Shown here piece after piece: positions 12,576-25,900 of a DNA stretch of 64,000 nucleotides (position 1 is the first letter of the stretch; every line of letters begins with the position of its first letter). This stretch comes from Octopus sinensis (Eukaryota): the NCBI RefSeq assembly GCF_006345805.1, contig NC_043005.1, positions 39,246,001-39,310,000 of the forward strand. The letters run 5' to 3'. The notes under the pieces are model-generated. The model was not told the origin of the DNA, did no database searches, and was given only the letters and a program-made list of their open reading frames with translations. Made by a program: the position numbers and the translations under genes.

Positions 12576-13409
12576 ATCCAAACAAGAAAACAGAAAAAAA
12601 GAAAAAAAACACAGCAACGCAGGACGTGGAACAATTAAAGTATTATTGACGCTCAGGAAAGAAAAACAAAAATGCAAGATTAGACACAGTTAAAACAAAA
12701 TATAATGAAAAGTAAATACGATAAAGATGATTGGCTACGTTTAGTCGGAGCATTATTGGACCCTGTTCACTACACTATTTCTCAAATTTATACGAGGTAA
12801 TAAGTGATACCATCGAATGCATCACTTCAGATTTTTTGAAACGTATGCTGTTAAAGGAACTAATTGTTTTATAGATATTCTCCCTTCGCTTGCCTATGTT
12901 TCTGAACGTGACTGTTTTTTTTTAAATTTACCCTTTTCAATAATCCGTAATACCACAGATGTGTAATTTTGAATATTAGTTGGTTGATTTTCAAAGAACA
13001 GTGAAACTTCGTTCCAGTTCTTCGTTACATAGTGAAATCTACGTTATATAGCGAAAACCTCAAAGCATCTTCCATTGCTTTTGTACTTTTGCCCTTGCTG
13101 TGCTATGTAAGTCATCAATACATTATTTCTATTCACAACAGTGAATTTAGAAGAAAATGAGTCTTGTATGTTTGATTGCTTTTGTTGCCCTTGTCATCGT
13201 CTTCGTCGATGTTGTTGTTATCGTTGATATTGCTTTTATCATGGCTGTTTTATTATTTCTGTTCTTATGTTGCTGGTGTTGTTATGTAGCTTTATGACCC
13301 TATCCAGCACTGACGAACATTTTCCTATATCTTCATATATTACATTTATTTAACTCCTTACTCCGGCAAACTCTTTTACGATGGCATTTTTGTCTTCATC
13401 TCAATGCAG

Positions 13410-13487
13410 GACGAGGTTCGGAATCAAATATATCTGAGGCGAAGAGGGAAGAGATACTTCAGCGCTTGTACTTTTCTTTTACGTGAG
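13410..13487 (+). CDS. Candidate 78-nt internal exon (phase 0/0: DEVRNQIYLRRRGKRYFSACTFLLRE)
   Basis: Pyrimidine-rich acceptor ttttgtcttcatctcaatgcag|G, consensus donor GAG|GTGAGT at 13488, length divisible by 3, open in phase 0. No homology recognised. Confidence 0.4.
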
Positions 13488-14561
13488 GTGAGTGTATGAC
13501 TGAGTGGCTTCTTGTGGTTGTTGTGGCGGTGAGAATTATTCAAGCTTTATTGTTGGTGTTACCGTTGCTTTTACTAAAACTCTGATATTTTGTACTATTG
13601 TTGCTCCAGTTGTAGATTTCAAAGCAATCCACGCCTTCCTCTGTTTTGTGTAGTCCTGTGTAGCACCTGGGACATCTTTCGTCCATCGCATTATCCATTA
13701 GGTGACATTTGCCCGCTGAATTAAGAAAGTGGTGTTTACTAGGTTTTCTTCATATGTTTAGATAAGTAGTTCTATGTAAATATCTAAATACTTTTCCTAG
13801 CGTAGCCTTTGTAGTCTACTTGTTCTTTAAAACCGCAATCCCCAACATTACAAAATCAGCCTCAATACGCCTTTTTATGAGGACAGATTCATATTATTTT
13901 TATTATTTTTTTGTGTATAAGTGTATTTTTTCTTCCAGTCGCGCATTTTGCACTATTCTTTGACCTATTCGGTATGAAATTGGAAACGGGAACTTCAGTC
14001 ATAATGAATACACAATCATGGATACCGCCCCTATGGATGCAATGCAGTTACATCTTGATAGAGCTTGGTTATCCTAACAGTTCGGCATCAAATTGAGAAG
14101 TACTGTTGGCCCAGTTATACTTTTCCCCTGACTCTTGACAATCCGACATGTAGTCCCATCATTTCGCCATATGCTGGCAATGTGGCTGTATGTGCGCTAT
14201 GCCTCTCCAAAGGAAATCTCGTAACTATGCAAGCCACGGTCGTTACTATGTGAGGTATTTTCGAAACAAGAACCGTCCATCGCGTGCGAGTAGAACGTAA
14301 CTTGTTCAATTCTTTCGCTTCTTAACTGCCCCTGTAACCATGGACAAAAATAAACACGATTTTGACCTTCCCACGCTTGACTTGCCGAAACATTGTGGGT
14401 GTCAGGGTCGGAGGGAGAAAGATCGACGCACCAGTATTCAGTTGGTACTCACTTTCCACGGAGCAGACTGGGGCAACATAGAATGAAAAGGTCGCAACGT
14501 GCTGACTTCATTATCGTCAGACCAACATCTTAACCATAAGACTACACCCTTCACATATCTC

Positions 14562-14589
14562 AATAATAATAATAATAATAATAATAATA

Positions 14590-14637
<48 letters not shown>

Positions 14638-14685
14638 GTTGTTGTTGTTGTTGTTGTTGCTGCGGCGGCTGCTGCTGCTGTTGCT
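14562..14685. repeat. Compound microsatellite (AAT)n(ATT)n(GTT)n(GCT)n
   Basis: Directly visible. Confidence 0.97.
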
Positions 14686-14993
14686 ATCATTATTTTTATC
14701 ATACTTCTCACTCCGGTTGTCTGTACTCAAACAGTACAGACATCAGACATGCTGTTAGTGTGTTGTGCTTTGTTAGTAATGTAGTTTGTTACAAATTATT
14801 GTTGGTAATGTTGTTGCAGCTTTCCTTCATCTTTTTTATATTTTTCTATGTTTTTCTCTAAATTTTAATGTATAATTCAAAATTTAATTAATAATAAATA
14901 ACGACTTTTTCTCCTAGGAGATCATCAGCAAGGAGGATATACATTTTCTTCTTCCATATTGTTTGTATATTACTTTGTTCTTATTCGTAGAAT

Positions 14994-15027
<34 letters not shown>

Positions 15028-15443
15028 GTTGTTGTTGGTGTTGTTATTACTATCGCTCTCTGATTTAGCCACAAGGCCAGCATTGTTGAATGCAGGGGGT
15101 TAGTCATTAGCAAGCAAAGAGAAATTAGTAAAGCACACTCCAGAAGCGCTAAGATATTAAAACAAAACTGAATGCTAGTACTAAAAAATACACTAGCTAA
15201 CTCAGTTATGAACAGCAGTTCTTTTAGTTTATAAGTATCAATTATAAACTAGAGGTTTCGAAGTTTATAATTTTGATAAAGTTGAAGCTAAATGAATTGA
15301 AAATCTACGACAGACAAAAAGTCAGAAAACGGTAACAACATTTGGAAGTCAACACAGCTAAGCAGATATAAATAGAATGTAAATGCGTTCTCCAGTGTTA
15401 GGACGGGTTCTGACGCTAATAGAAATCTACTAAAAAAATACCA

Positions 15444-15995
15444 ATAGTGAAGATTGCCCCGCCAACCTCCTTTAACAAGGAGGGCGAGGCCGTTTTCTTG
15501 TGCCTAGTGGCTGTGGCGAAAGAAGTTGTGTGGTGGACTCGTTTGAAAGCGCTAAAGTCAGACACTTTCCTCTTTGGTCAAGGCCTCATCAACTTTTTCA
15601 AGTTTCACTTGAAAAGGAAGATGAGGTTAGAGAGGAAAGTGCTGTCCGATAGCAAGTTTTATGAAAGGTGGGTGAATTGTGCGAGACTGGCCTGTATAAA
15701 TGGACCAGTTCTCAGGTTTCGCCTGTGATTTCAAAAAGGTAATACAAAAGGAGAAAAAAGGGACTCGCTACACCCCTTTTTTGACCAGGCTCCCGTTGGC
15801 TTTTGTAGGGTTTTTTCCACCAGGAACCTTTCGAAACGTCTCCCCCTTTTGGGAGTTTTTCATTGTTGAATTTTTTAAATTGTTATAAAGATTTTTACTC
15901 GATGTTTTTCAAAAACGGACAAAACCCTTTGTAACCTTTCGTCCTGTTTTGTCCCTTTATGTAATCATGCGTGTCAGCCCTTGTGGCCAATAAAA
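15444..15995 (+). mobile_element. L1/Tx1-like LINE 3' fragment
   Basis: ORF 15447-15728 (FLCLVAVAKEVVWWTRLK...FFKFHLKRKMRLER...ERW) followed by a 3' UTR ending CCTTGTGGCCAATAAA and an (ATT)n tail; homologous to 48853-49320. Clade assignment is from recollection. Confidence 0.6.
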
Positions 15996-16003
15996 AATAA
16001 TTG

Positions 16004-16071
<68 letters not shown>

Positions 16072-16098
16072 CATCATCATTATTATTATTATTATTAT
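16004..16098. repeat. (ATT)n microsatellite
   Basis: Directly visible. Confidence 0.97.
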
Positions 16099-16254
16099 TC
16101 TGTTTGACTCTTGCTTTACATTTGTACAAGTTGGCTCCAAATCTCACCCAGAGACCTCAAGAGACAACAGGCTGGAAGTCCATGTTGTTGTTATGCCCAG
16201 TGTGCCATATATTTGGTTTTGTATTTAGTGTTGTACTAGTGAATGTCTAAAATT

Positions 16255-16292
16255 TATTATTATTATTAGTAGTAGTAGTAGTAGTAGTAGTG

Positions 16293-16323
<31 letters not shown>

Positions 16324-16327
16324 CAGC

Positions 16328-16380
<53 letters not shown>

Positions 16381-16388
16381 CAGTATTA
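16255..16388. repeat. (ATT)n(GTA)n microsatellite, probable tail of the adjacent minus-strand LINE
   Basis: Directly visible; abuts the LINE 3' end. Confidence 0.95.
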
Positions 16389-19100
16389 TTTCATTTATGC
16401 ACAACAGCTTAAGCCATTAACAAAGAAAAATTCTTAACGTCGGGCTACAAGAAGTAAACCTTGATGCCAAGAATCTTCCTAAGTATTTTAGCTGTCCGTA
16501 ATAATACTAATTTCAGGAACTGTACGAAACTAACTTTTATGCTAGTTTCTATCCATTTGTTCGAATATTTAGGGATAGTTCTTAATGCACCTATATCTAC
16601 AGTGATACATTTAACCCGCACTTTCCATAGTCTCTGTAATTCAATGGCTAGGTCCTAGTACTTTGCTATTTTTCTATACCTCTCACATTGTGATTTTCAT
16701 CATTTGGGACTGTAAAGTCAATTATCTGTCACTTTCTCCTCTCTTTGTCTACCTCTACTAGATCAGGCCTTCTAGCATCTATTATGTTTCCTGTCTGAAT
16801 GTTAAATCCCACATCTCATAATTCTTACTTTTAGGTTCGTGTTCATACCATTTATCAGTTTAAATCCTAGCTTTCTACATAACCCCCAGTGGATTACTTT
16901 CCTTGGGTTGCCACGTCTTTTCCTGTATCCTTTCTGTGCTAGCATGATACATTTCAGTATTGTATGAGTATCACATTCCTGTTTTGATTTCCATAACCTA
17001 CACTGGGAACCAACCTGTTTTTTTGTCTCTCTTGGCTTTTATCCAATTAGTCCTGAATGCTTAAGCTTGTGCTGTTACTAACAAACACTCTGTCTCTCTT
17101 TTCAGCCTTCCTTTCTGTAATCATAATCATATTTCACTATTACTATTTCCTGCAACTATCTTTGTGAATACACCAAGCAAAGCTCTCTCTTGCCAGGGAT
17201 ATAATCTTCCTTTAATATTATTTTTTTTTTTTGGTTTGTTATTTCATTTGGCCTTTTGATTTCCTTATGTACTGCTGTGACTCTGGCAGCTCTTTATAAA
17301 CTTTCTTCACTATTACCTACATAGGAGGCTATATCTACTCCGGTCGACTCCAAGTAGTCTTCTGCTGATATTAACACTCTTTCACATTCCTTTTCTGTAT
17401 GTATAATCTTACTACCCCTGCTTTTGGGTAAAGTCCTCCATTCATATTGAATCTACAAAAACGTTTGTGTATTTAAGTAACGGTACTGCCCAAGTATTTA
17501 CAGCTTTCCCTAGATTCGGACCATTTAGCATTGAATGCATCAGCTTCTTCAACCTTCTAATGTACTTCTAAATTTTTGTTTTCATTTCTATAGTTAGTAC
17601 TTTATCCGATTCCAATACTCCTTGATATTTATAACCTTCTACTTGCTTCAGTGATGTTACTGTCAGACCATCTGGTTATGTGTTGCCTTCACTGTTGACT
17701 GTCCCTCTTCCATGACTACTATTGCACACTTATCTATTCTAAATTCCATGCCTATAGCTTTGCTGAAGTGTATTACAATTTGTATTCAGAAATCTATCTC
17801 ATTTTTATTCTTAGTAAAAAGCTTCAGCTCATACATGTTGAGCAAATGATTAATTTTTTCTTTACTACTTCTGAATTGATTCCTGCCTTTGCTTTCTTTA
17901 ATACGAAACTGAAGGGGATTAAGCATAAGACACATATTAAAGGGGATAACAAATCTACTTGGAAAATACGTCTCTTAATATTAATTTTCCCTAATACTGT
18001 GAAACCTGAATAGATATCTACTTTCTCTTTCTTCATCGTAAAGCTAATTAATTCTCTTATGTTGTCTGCAATACTGACTATAGTCAGACTTTCACTTCTC
18101 TATAAGTATGGAGTTATATCATAGGCTTTCTTATAATCTATCCATGTTGTTGTTAATTTTTTCTTTCTAGATTTTACTTCATTTAAAACTGCTTTGTATA
18201 TGTATAATAGATCAATCGTTCCTCCAGCTTTCTTTTCTGTTCTACTGGCAGTAAATTCCGGTTGCCAAGGTGCTCGTAAATGCTTTCTGAGTACATTCCT
18301 GTTAACAGCTTCCACACTAATGGTAAGCAAGCGATTGGTCTATAAGTACTAGCTGTATTACGCTTGCTTTTGTCTATTTTACTTCCTTTTATTGGTGTCT
18401 ATTAATGTCGGTAATATTTTTCTTTCTTTTTTACTCATTGCTTCCTGCAAATCAAGTAAAATGTTCTGATTTTCCTCCCTTAAATCGCTAGTGCCATTTG
18501 GTCCTACCTGGTCGGTAGTGCTATTATTGTTTTTCTCTCCTTTAGGTTCCTCTTTGTCTTGAACTGCATTGCTTGTGTTCTTGTTTGGTTTTACTACTGC
18601 CTCGTCTTTCTTTTCCAGTTCTCTTTTGACCTCTTCCACCCCTAATTCTGTCATCCACTTTCTCTTACTAGCATTAGGTTAGTCTACAAGTCTCTGCTCA
18701 GTCATTTTAAACGTGCCTTTCTCTACCGAAAGCGTTAACATCCCTTTTGTATAACCCGTTTATTTAAGTTCACCTGTTAAATACCACTGTATCACTATCC
18801 TGTTTTCTATGCTGGTCCACTTCCTTCTCCTTACTCTATCATCTACTGATGTTGTGTTGGGATTACATCTGTGATCATTCTGTATCTGTACTGAACCACT
18901 GCCAAGCGAGAGGCCTTCCTATAAAGAAATCCTGGGCAAACTCTTGTCGCAATCGTCATCACCACTACTATCATTCGACATCTGATAGTTTCAACTAACT
19001 TTCGTGCTGGTGAGGCGTGTGCAGCATTGTTTTTTGTTTTGTTTTTGTCATTTAGGGAGTATTGTATTGCATCAGTATTTTTTGTCATGGAGTTTAGCTT
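16384..19100 (-). mobile_element. Near full-length but decayed Dong/R4-like LINE (RT plus restriction-like endonuclease)
   Basis: Minus strand: WIDYKKAYD (about 18120), KINIKRRIFQVDLLSPLICVLCLIP (about 17950), MLAQKGYRKRR...KVIHWGLC (about 16900), DARRPDLVEVDK (about 16770), IIDFTVPND (about 16715) and ILRKILGI (about 16475). The domain order RT, Zn-knuckle, PD-(D/E)xK fits RLE-type LINEs. Confidence 0.85.
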
Positions 19101-19644
19101 GAGTTTTCTGTCGCATTGATGTTTGTATGGTGTGTTCCTTGTGAAGTGAAGGTTCTGCTCTTCTTTTGGGTATCGGACTATTACGGTACATGTTGTAAAC
19201 TTTGTTCACTTTATTGGTCATTTACTATATGAGTTTATTCCTGTATGTTTTTGAGGGGCGTTGCATTGTAGCGCGCATATAGCACCTTATTTTTGGTTTT
19301 ATTCGTTTGGGGAGTGACATTAAGAGATCGGTCAGTCTTGACAGCGTTGACTTTTTGACAAAACTCCGCCTCTAGACGTGCGTGTGTTGGCGTTTTTTTA
19401 TATTTCGTATAGTAACTGGCCGAAGCTCACTGGACGAAATCTACTACTATTACTTCTTCATTTATTCACTGTTCTCTATGTATAACTTTATCACCGAGCA
19501 CTGATAGTAGGTGTTCCTTTCCAGGTCAGAGAAATCTGGCTTGTTGCCTCTTTGGTTTAAGCCATTTAAGTACCGAGCGTTCGGTGGTTCTTATGTACGC
19601 GTTTGTGTGTGGGTGGCATACACTTTATAATTATTATTGATATA

Positions 19645-20043
19645 GGCGCAGGAGTGGCTGTGTGGTAAGTAGCTTGCTAACCAGCCACATGGTTCCAGGT
19701 TCAGTCCCACCGCGTGGCGTCTTGGGCAAGTGTCTTCTGCTATAGCCCCGGGCCGACCAATGCCTTGTGAGTGGATTTGGTAGACGGAAACTGAAAGAAG
19801 CCTGTCGTATATATGTATATATATATGTGTGTGTGTATGTGTTTGTGTGTCTGTGTTTGTCTCCTTAGCATTGCTTGACAACCGATGCTGGTGTGTTTAC
19901 GTCCCCGTCACTTAGCGGTTCGGCAAAAGAGACCGATAGAATAAGTACTGGGCTTACAAAGAATAAGTCCCGGTGTCGATTTGCTCGACTAAAGGTGGTG
20001 CTCCAGCATGGCCGCAGTCAAATGACTGAAACAAGTAAAAGAG
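19645..20043 (+). mobile_element. Full-length tRNA-derived SINE, family A
   Basis: A-box-like TGGCTGTGTGG, B-box-like GGTTCAGTCCC, core GGCAAGTGTCTTCT...GTGAGTGGATTTGGTAGACGGAAACTGAAAGAAGCC, internal TA/TG microsatellite, tail ATGACTGAAACAAGTAAAAGAG; possible GATATA TSD. Confidence 0.9.
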
Positions 20044-20244
20044 ATATATATATAATCGGGAGACCAAGATATAGCAATGTACATATGTATAGTGGATTTG
20101 TAGAGATATGGATGCATGTGCGATTAAAAGGTTACTCACAGTTTGGCAGTTTTGGTATAGAAGCATTGCAGTCCCAAGTGTTTACACTTTTACACACGTT
20201 TTGCTGTGGCGGCGCGTTTGAAGGAAGCTAAATTTTATACATAT

Positions 20245-20331
<87 letters not shown>

Positions 20332-20689
20332 AACTCCATATAAGAAAAATCTTTCAGTTTCCTGAGATGGCTTACATTAAAACATACTTTTATGCTTTTC
20401 CAGATTCTTAATTCCTGCTTCGTGATGGTTTCAAATTTGATCTTTTTTTTGTATTAATACAAAAACAAAAGTAAGTAGAGGAAAGGAAAATAATAAAATT
20501 TAAACAAAATGAACCTGAATAAACAGGGGATACTGGTAAGGCAGGTACCATACATATTCCCACACATACAATTTCCAAACATAGACACACACAGGGATAT
20601 ACATATGCGCAAATAAATACACATGCAACAGGAACGCAAAATGACAGATCATTAATAAGGAGAGACACAAAAAAGAAAGAGAAAGCAAA

Positions 20690-20745
20690 GGACTACTGAT
20701 GAGGTCACAGAACTGTGACGAAAGAACTCTGGCCGAAATATAATT
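20690..20745 (+). ncRNA. Hammerhead ribozyme-like motif
   Basis: CTGATGA (20696-20702), G, perfect hairpin GTCACAG-AA-CTGTGAC, GAAA (20720); an alternative GAAA at 20735. Stems I and III are weak. Confidence 0.4.
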
Positions 20746-22592
20746 AATATGAAATAAAATTGAAGCAAGCGAACGCCAAATAAATAGTGCGTGTGTTTTA
20801 TTGGTTAAGCTGGCAACATGACCACCTCCAAATACAAGAATATTTTTATTATTGTTGTTATTGATGCTGATGGTGGTATTTAAACATTATTGTTAAATTT
20901 AGTTTTTGAAAAACAACTCTGACTGCAGTTTGTTTCATATTTTAAGTTCTGATAAAATAATATTTACACATAAAATGCAAGAAAATCTAACAATGTTACA
21001 ATGTTGACAGTAAATATTTTAAAAATAAAATACGTAAAGGGAGAAAATAGATTTCAGCTACGTTGTTGTTTTGCTTTGTCACTTTTATATTTTATAATTT
21101 TCAAGTCGTTGGAGACAAATATGATACATAATTACGATGAGGAAGTTAAAAGGGAGGGTGGGGGAGATTAGGAAGATCAGGAAGATGAGGATGGTAATGA
21201 CGATGATGATGTTATAACAGCTTATGCTGCATGAAATGCTTTTTTATTATTGACAATGCATTTGCGTGCACATCATTTAACTACGGTAATAGTTAATAAT
21301 ATTCTTAAGGCCGCAATTTACTTACACGCAGCACCTTTCAGAGCTTGTCACTCATTCAGTTCTAAACTAAATTGAAAATTGTTAACATTTTTAAAGAGGA
21401 CTCATCCCTAGCTACATGTAGCATAAAAAAAAATGAGATTTGATGTTGTAGAAAAATCTTCACATCAAAATTTATAGGAGCGTTAATGGAGAGTAAGTAA
21501 CGACGCCAACCAAGTTTAGATCAAATTAACTTTTATATTTTAAAATCAAAATAAACTTTTCTTAGCATTCAATAATAGAACAAAGCATGAAGAATTTCAT
21601 AGTTTTATTCTCATGCAATAAATATTTGCAGCAGAGATGTGATGTAAAATATGCAAAAATATATCAGTAAAGCAAGAAACTGAATTTAAATATAATTAAC
21701 TTTTTATTTTAAAAGCAAACTCTATTTTAATCAAGCTTAAATGCTAAAGCTCAATTCGAAGAATTTTATGGTATCAATCTCATGCAAGGAAGCTTTAAAA
21801 GAAAAACGTTATGAGTGTTTCTTGAATTTGAGTATGATAATATAGTTCTATACTTTTTTTATGAATATAGTTCTATAAAGGGACTTTTAATTTCTGTCAG
21901 CGGCGTCATTGAGGTCAGAAAAAAATTATCAATGACAGCGCTAATTGACACATTTGACACATTACTAATTAGCATAATAGCATAACATGGAAAAAAAACA
22001 TGGAATACATTGGAAAATGCGCGCAAGAGAAAATGCATGAAATTATAAACCTGGAAAATTACAGGACAAGTTAGTACACTTGGAAAAGTTCAGAACAACT
22101 TTTTACATCTGGTAAAGTACAAAACAAGAAAATTTTCACTTAAAATATTGCAACTAAGGATAAAATTTTAATATTAGAAATCATTTGATTTTAATTCTCA
22201 AAGTAACATTATAATTAAAAAAGGTACCTACATTTTGTTAAAACACTGACACACTAGAATACTTAACGAATGAGAGCCAGAAGTACCAATATAGCAAAAG
22301 TTTTATGTAAAGTAGAATAGTATATGGTAGGCAAATTCATTATGTAAAATACAGGCTTTGGGTCACGACTAAAAACGTGAAGACTTGGCGATAACTCAGG
22401 AAATAACTCAAGCAAATTTTACTATGAATTTTTTTTATAGGTAGATTTTACTGTAATATATAACTAATTTTTGTATTATTCTACTTATTGTACTAATTTT
22501 TATAACCTATTTCCAAATTTGTAATAATTTTTTTAAAATATCTTTTATATGGCAAAAAATATATTGACTTATTCTTTAATTTTAATGGAAGT

Positions 22593-22650
22593 GGAGGCAC
22601 ATGGCCTAGTGGTTAGAGCAGCAGACTTGCGCTCAAGGGATCGCGGGGAG
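22593..22650 (+). mobile_element. Truncated tRNA-like SINE head
   Basis: GGAGGCACATGGCCTAGTGGTTAGAGCAGCAGAC (A-box), similar to the head at 10021. Confidence 0.55.
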
Positions 22651-22854
22651 CCTGTACGCCAATGAATCTGTACACCAATGAATATATATATGCATGTATC
22701 TATGTATGTATATGTATATGTGTATATATATATATATAAGGGCAAAAGAAAAATTTCTATGCCAATAAGCTGAGAAATAGACTTTGAATCGTCAAAATTT
22801 ATCACTATATCACTATAAATACACAGCGTGTTGAATCGAAGAAAGCAAGCTAAC

Positions 22855-22894
<40 letters not shown>

Positions 22895-22946
22895 AGTGTG
22901 TTTATGTGTGTGTTTGTGTGTGTATTATGCATGTATATATATATCA

Positions 22947-22991
<45 letters not shown>

Positions 22992-22999
<8 letters not shown>

Positions 23000-25900
23000 A
23001 AAGGGCTTAGTAAAATAAATTACTTTGCCGCATACTGAACTCATTAGAAATAGCAGCTAAAAAACTTTTTTAAAGCTATTTCTAATACTTAAAGAAAATC
23101 TCTCTCATATATAGTGTTTGCCTAATTCAACTCACAAAAGTTTGGGGGTAAGGACATCGAAAAATCAAATGCTAAGGTTATTCGAGAACGTACGTTTCAA
23201 GATTAGTCAAAACAACATTTCTATCATCGGCTCAGAAATTCCTTGGTTTGGATTTGGAAACACTGAAAATAAGAACATACCCTTTCGAAGATCTGCTCCC
23301 AACTAACAGTGTCAACAAATTCAAATAAGCAAGCGAAGAATCTCTGTTCTCCCCTTTCCACCAGCGTGGGTTAAAATCATCAAACACTATGCTTATTTCG
23401 GTAAAATCCGAAGCAATAATCAGAGGGAGATTAATTATAATTTCAACAATTGAGGGCAAAATTAATTAATTATTAATCAATTTCACCAAGTGTTCAGTAT
23501 GCAAAGGGACCATTCAAGGCGAATTCAAATTATTACATTATATAAAAGGGCTTAGTAAAATAAATTACTTTGCCGCATACTGAACTCATTAGAAATAGCA
23601 GCTAAAAACTTTTTTAAAGCTATTTCTAATACTTAAAGAAAATCTCTCTCATATATAGTGTTTGCCTAATTCAACTCACAAAAGTTTGGGGGTAAGGACA
23701 TCGAAAAATCAAATGCTAAGGTTATTCGAGAACGTACGTTTCAAGATTAGTCAAAACAACATTTCTATCATCGGCTCAGAAATTCCTTGGTTTGGATTTG
23801 GAAACACTGAAAATAAGAACATACCCTTTCGAAGATCTGCTCCCAACTAACAGTGTCAACAAATTCAAATAAGCAAGCGAAGAATCTCTGTTCTCCCCTT
23901 TCCACCAGCGTGGGTTAAAATCATCAAACACTATGCTTATTTCGGTAAAATCCGAAGCAATAATCAGAGGGAGATTAATTATAATTTCAACAATTGAGGG
24001 CAAAATTAATTAATTATTAATCAATTTCACCAAGTGTTCAGTATGCAAAGGGACCATTCAAGGCGAATTCAAATTATTACATTATATAAAAGGGCTTAGT
24101 AAAATAAATTACTTTGCCGCATACTGAACTCATTAGAAATAGCAGCTAAAAAACTTTTTTAAAGCTATTTCTAATACTTAAAGAAAATCTCTCTCATATA
24201 TAGTGTTTGCCTAATTCAACTCACAAAAGTTTGGGGGTAAGGACATCGAAAAATCAAATGCTAAGGTTATTCGAGAACGTACGTTTCAAGATTAGTCAAA
24301 ACAACATTTCTATCATCGGCTCAGAAATTCCTTGGTTTGGATTTGGAAACACTGAAAATAAGAACATACCCTTTCGAAGATCTGCTCCCAACTAACAGTG
24401 TCAACAAATTCAAATAAGCAAGCGAAGAATCTCTGTTCTCCCCTTTCCACCAGCGTGGGTTAAAATCATCAAACACTATGCTTATTTCGGTAAAATCCGA
24501 AGCAATAATCAGAGGGAGATTAATTATAATTTCAACAATTGAGGGCAAAATTAATTAATTATTAATCAATTTCACCAAGTGTTCAGTATGCAAAGGGACC
24601 ATTCAAGGCGAATTCAAATTATTACATTATATAAAAGGGCTTAGTAAAATAAATTACTTTGCCGCATACTGAACTCATTAGAAATAGCAGCTAAAAAACT
24701 TTTTTAAAGCTATTTCTAATACTTAAAGAAAATCTCTCCCATATATAGTGTTTGCCTAATTCAACTCACAAAAGTTTGGGGGTAAGGACATCGAAAAATC
24801 AAATGCTAAGGTTATTCGAGAACGTACGTTTCAAGATTAGTCAAAACAACATTTCTATCATCGGCTCAGAAATTCCTTGGTTTGGATTTGGAAACACTGA
24901 AAATAAGAACATACCCTTTCGAAGATCTGCTCCCAACTAACAGTGTCAACAAATTCAAATAAGCAAGCGAAGAATCTCTGTTCTCCCCTTTCCACCAGCG
25001 TGGGTTAAAATCATCAAACACTATGCTTATTTCGGTAAAATCCGAAGCAATAATCAGAGGGAGATTAATTATAATTTCAACAATTGAGGGCAAAATTAAT
25101 TAATTATTAATCAATTTCACCAAGTGTTCAGTATGCAAAGGGACCATTCAAGGCGAATTCAAATTATTACATTATATAAAAGGGCTTAGTAAAATAAATT
25201 ACTTTGCCGCATACTGAACTCATTAGAAATAGCAGCTAAAAAACTTTTTTAAAGCTATTTCTAATACTTAAAGAAAATCTCTCTCATATATAGTGTTTGC
25301 CTAATTCAACTCACAAAAGTTTGGGGGTAAGGACATCGAAAAATCAAATGCTAAGGTTATTCGAGAACGTACGTTTCAAGATTAGTCAAAACAACATTTC
25401 TATCATCGGCTCAGAAATTCCTTGGTTTGGATTTGGAAACACTGAAAATAAGAACATACCCTTTCGAAGATCTGCTCCCAACTAACAGTGTCAACAAATT
25501 CAAATAAGCAAGCGAAGAATCTCTGTTCTCCCCTTTCCACCAGCGTGGGTTAAAATCATCAAACACTATGCTTATTTCGGTAAAATCCGAAGCAATAATC
25601 AGAGGGAGATTAATTATAATTTCAACAATTGAGGGCAAAATTAATTAATTATTAATCAATTTCACCAAGTGTTCAGTATGCAAAGGGACCATTCAAGGCG
25701 AATTCAAATTATTACATTATATAAAAGGGCTTAGTAAAATAAATTACTTTGCCGCATACTGAACTCATTAGAAATAGCAGCTAAAAAACTTTTTTAAAGC
25801 TATTTCTAATACTTAAAGAAAATCTCTCTCATATATAGTGTTTGCCTAATTCAACTCACAAAAGTTTGGGGGTAAGGACATCGAAAAATCAAATGCTAAG

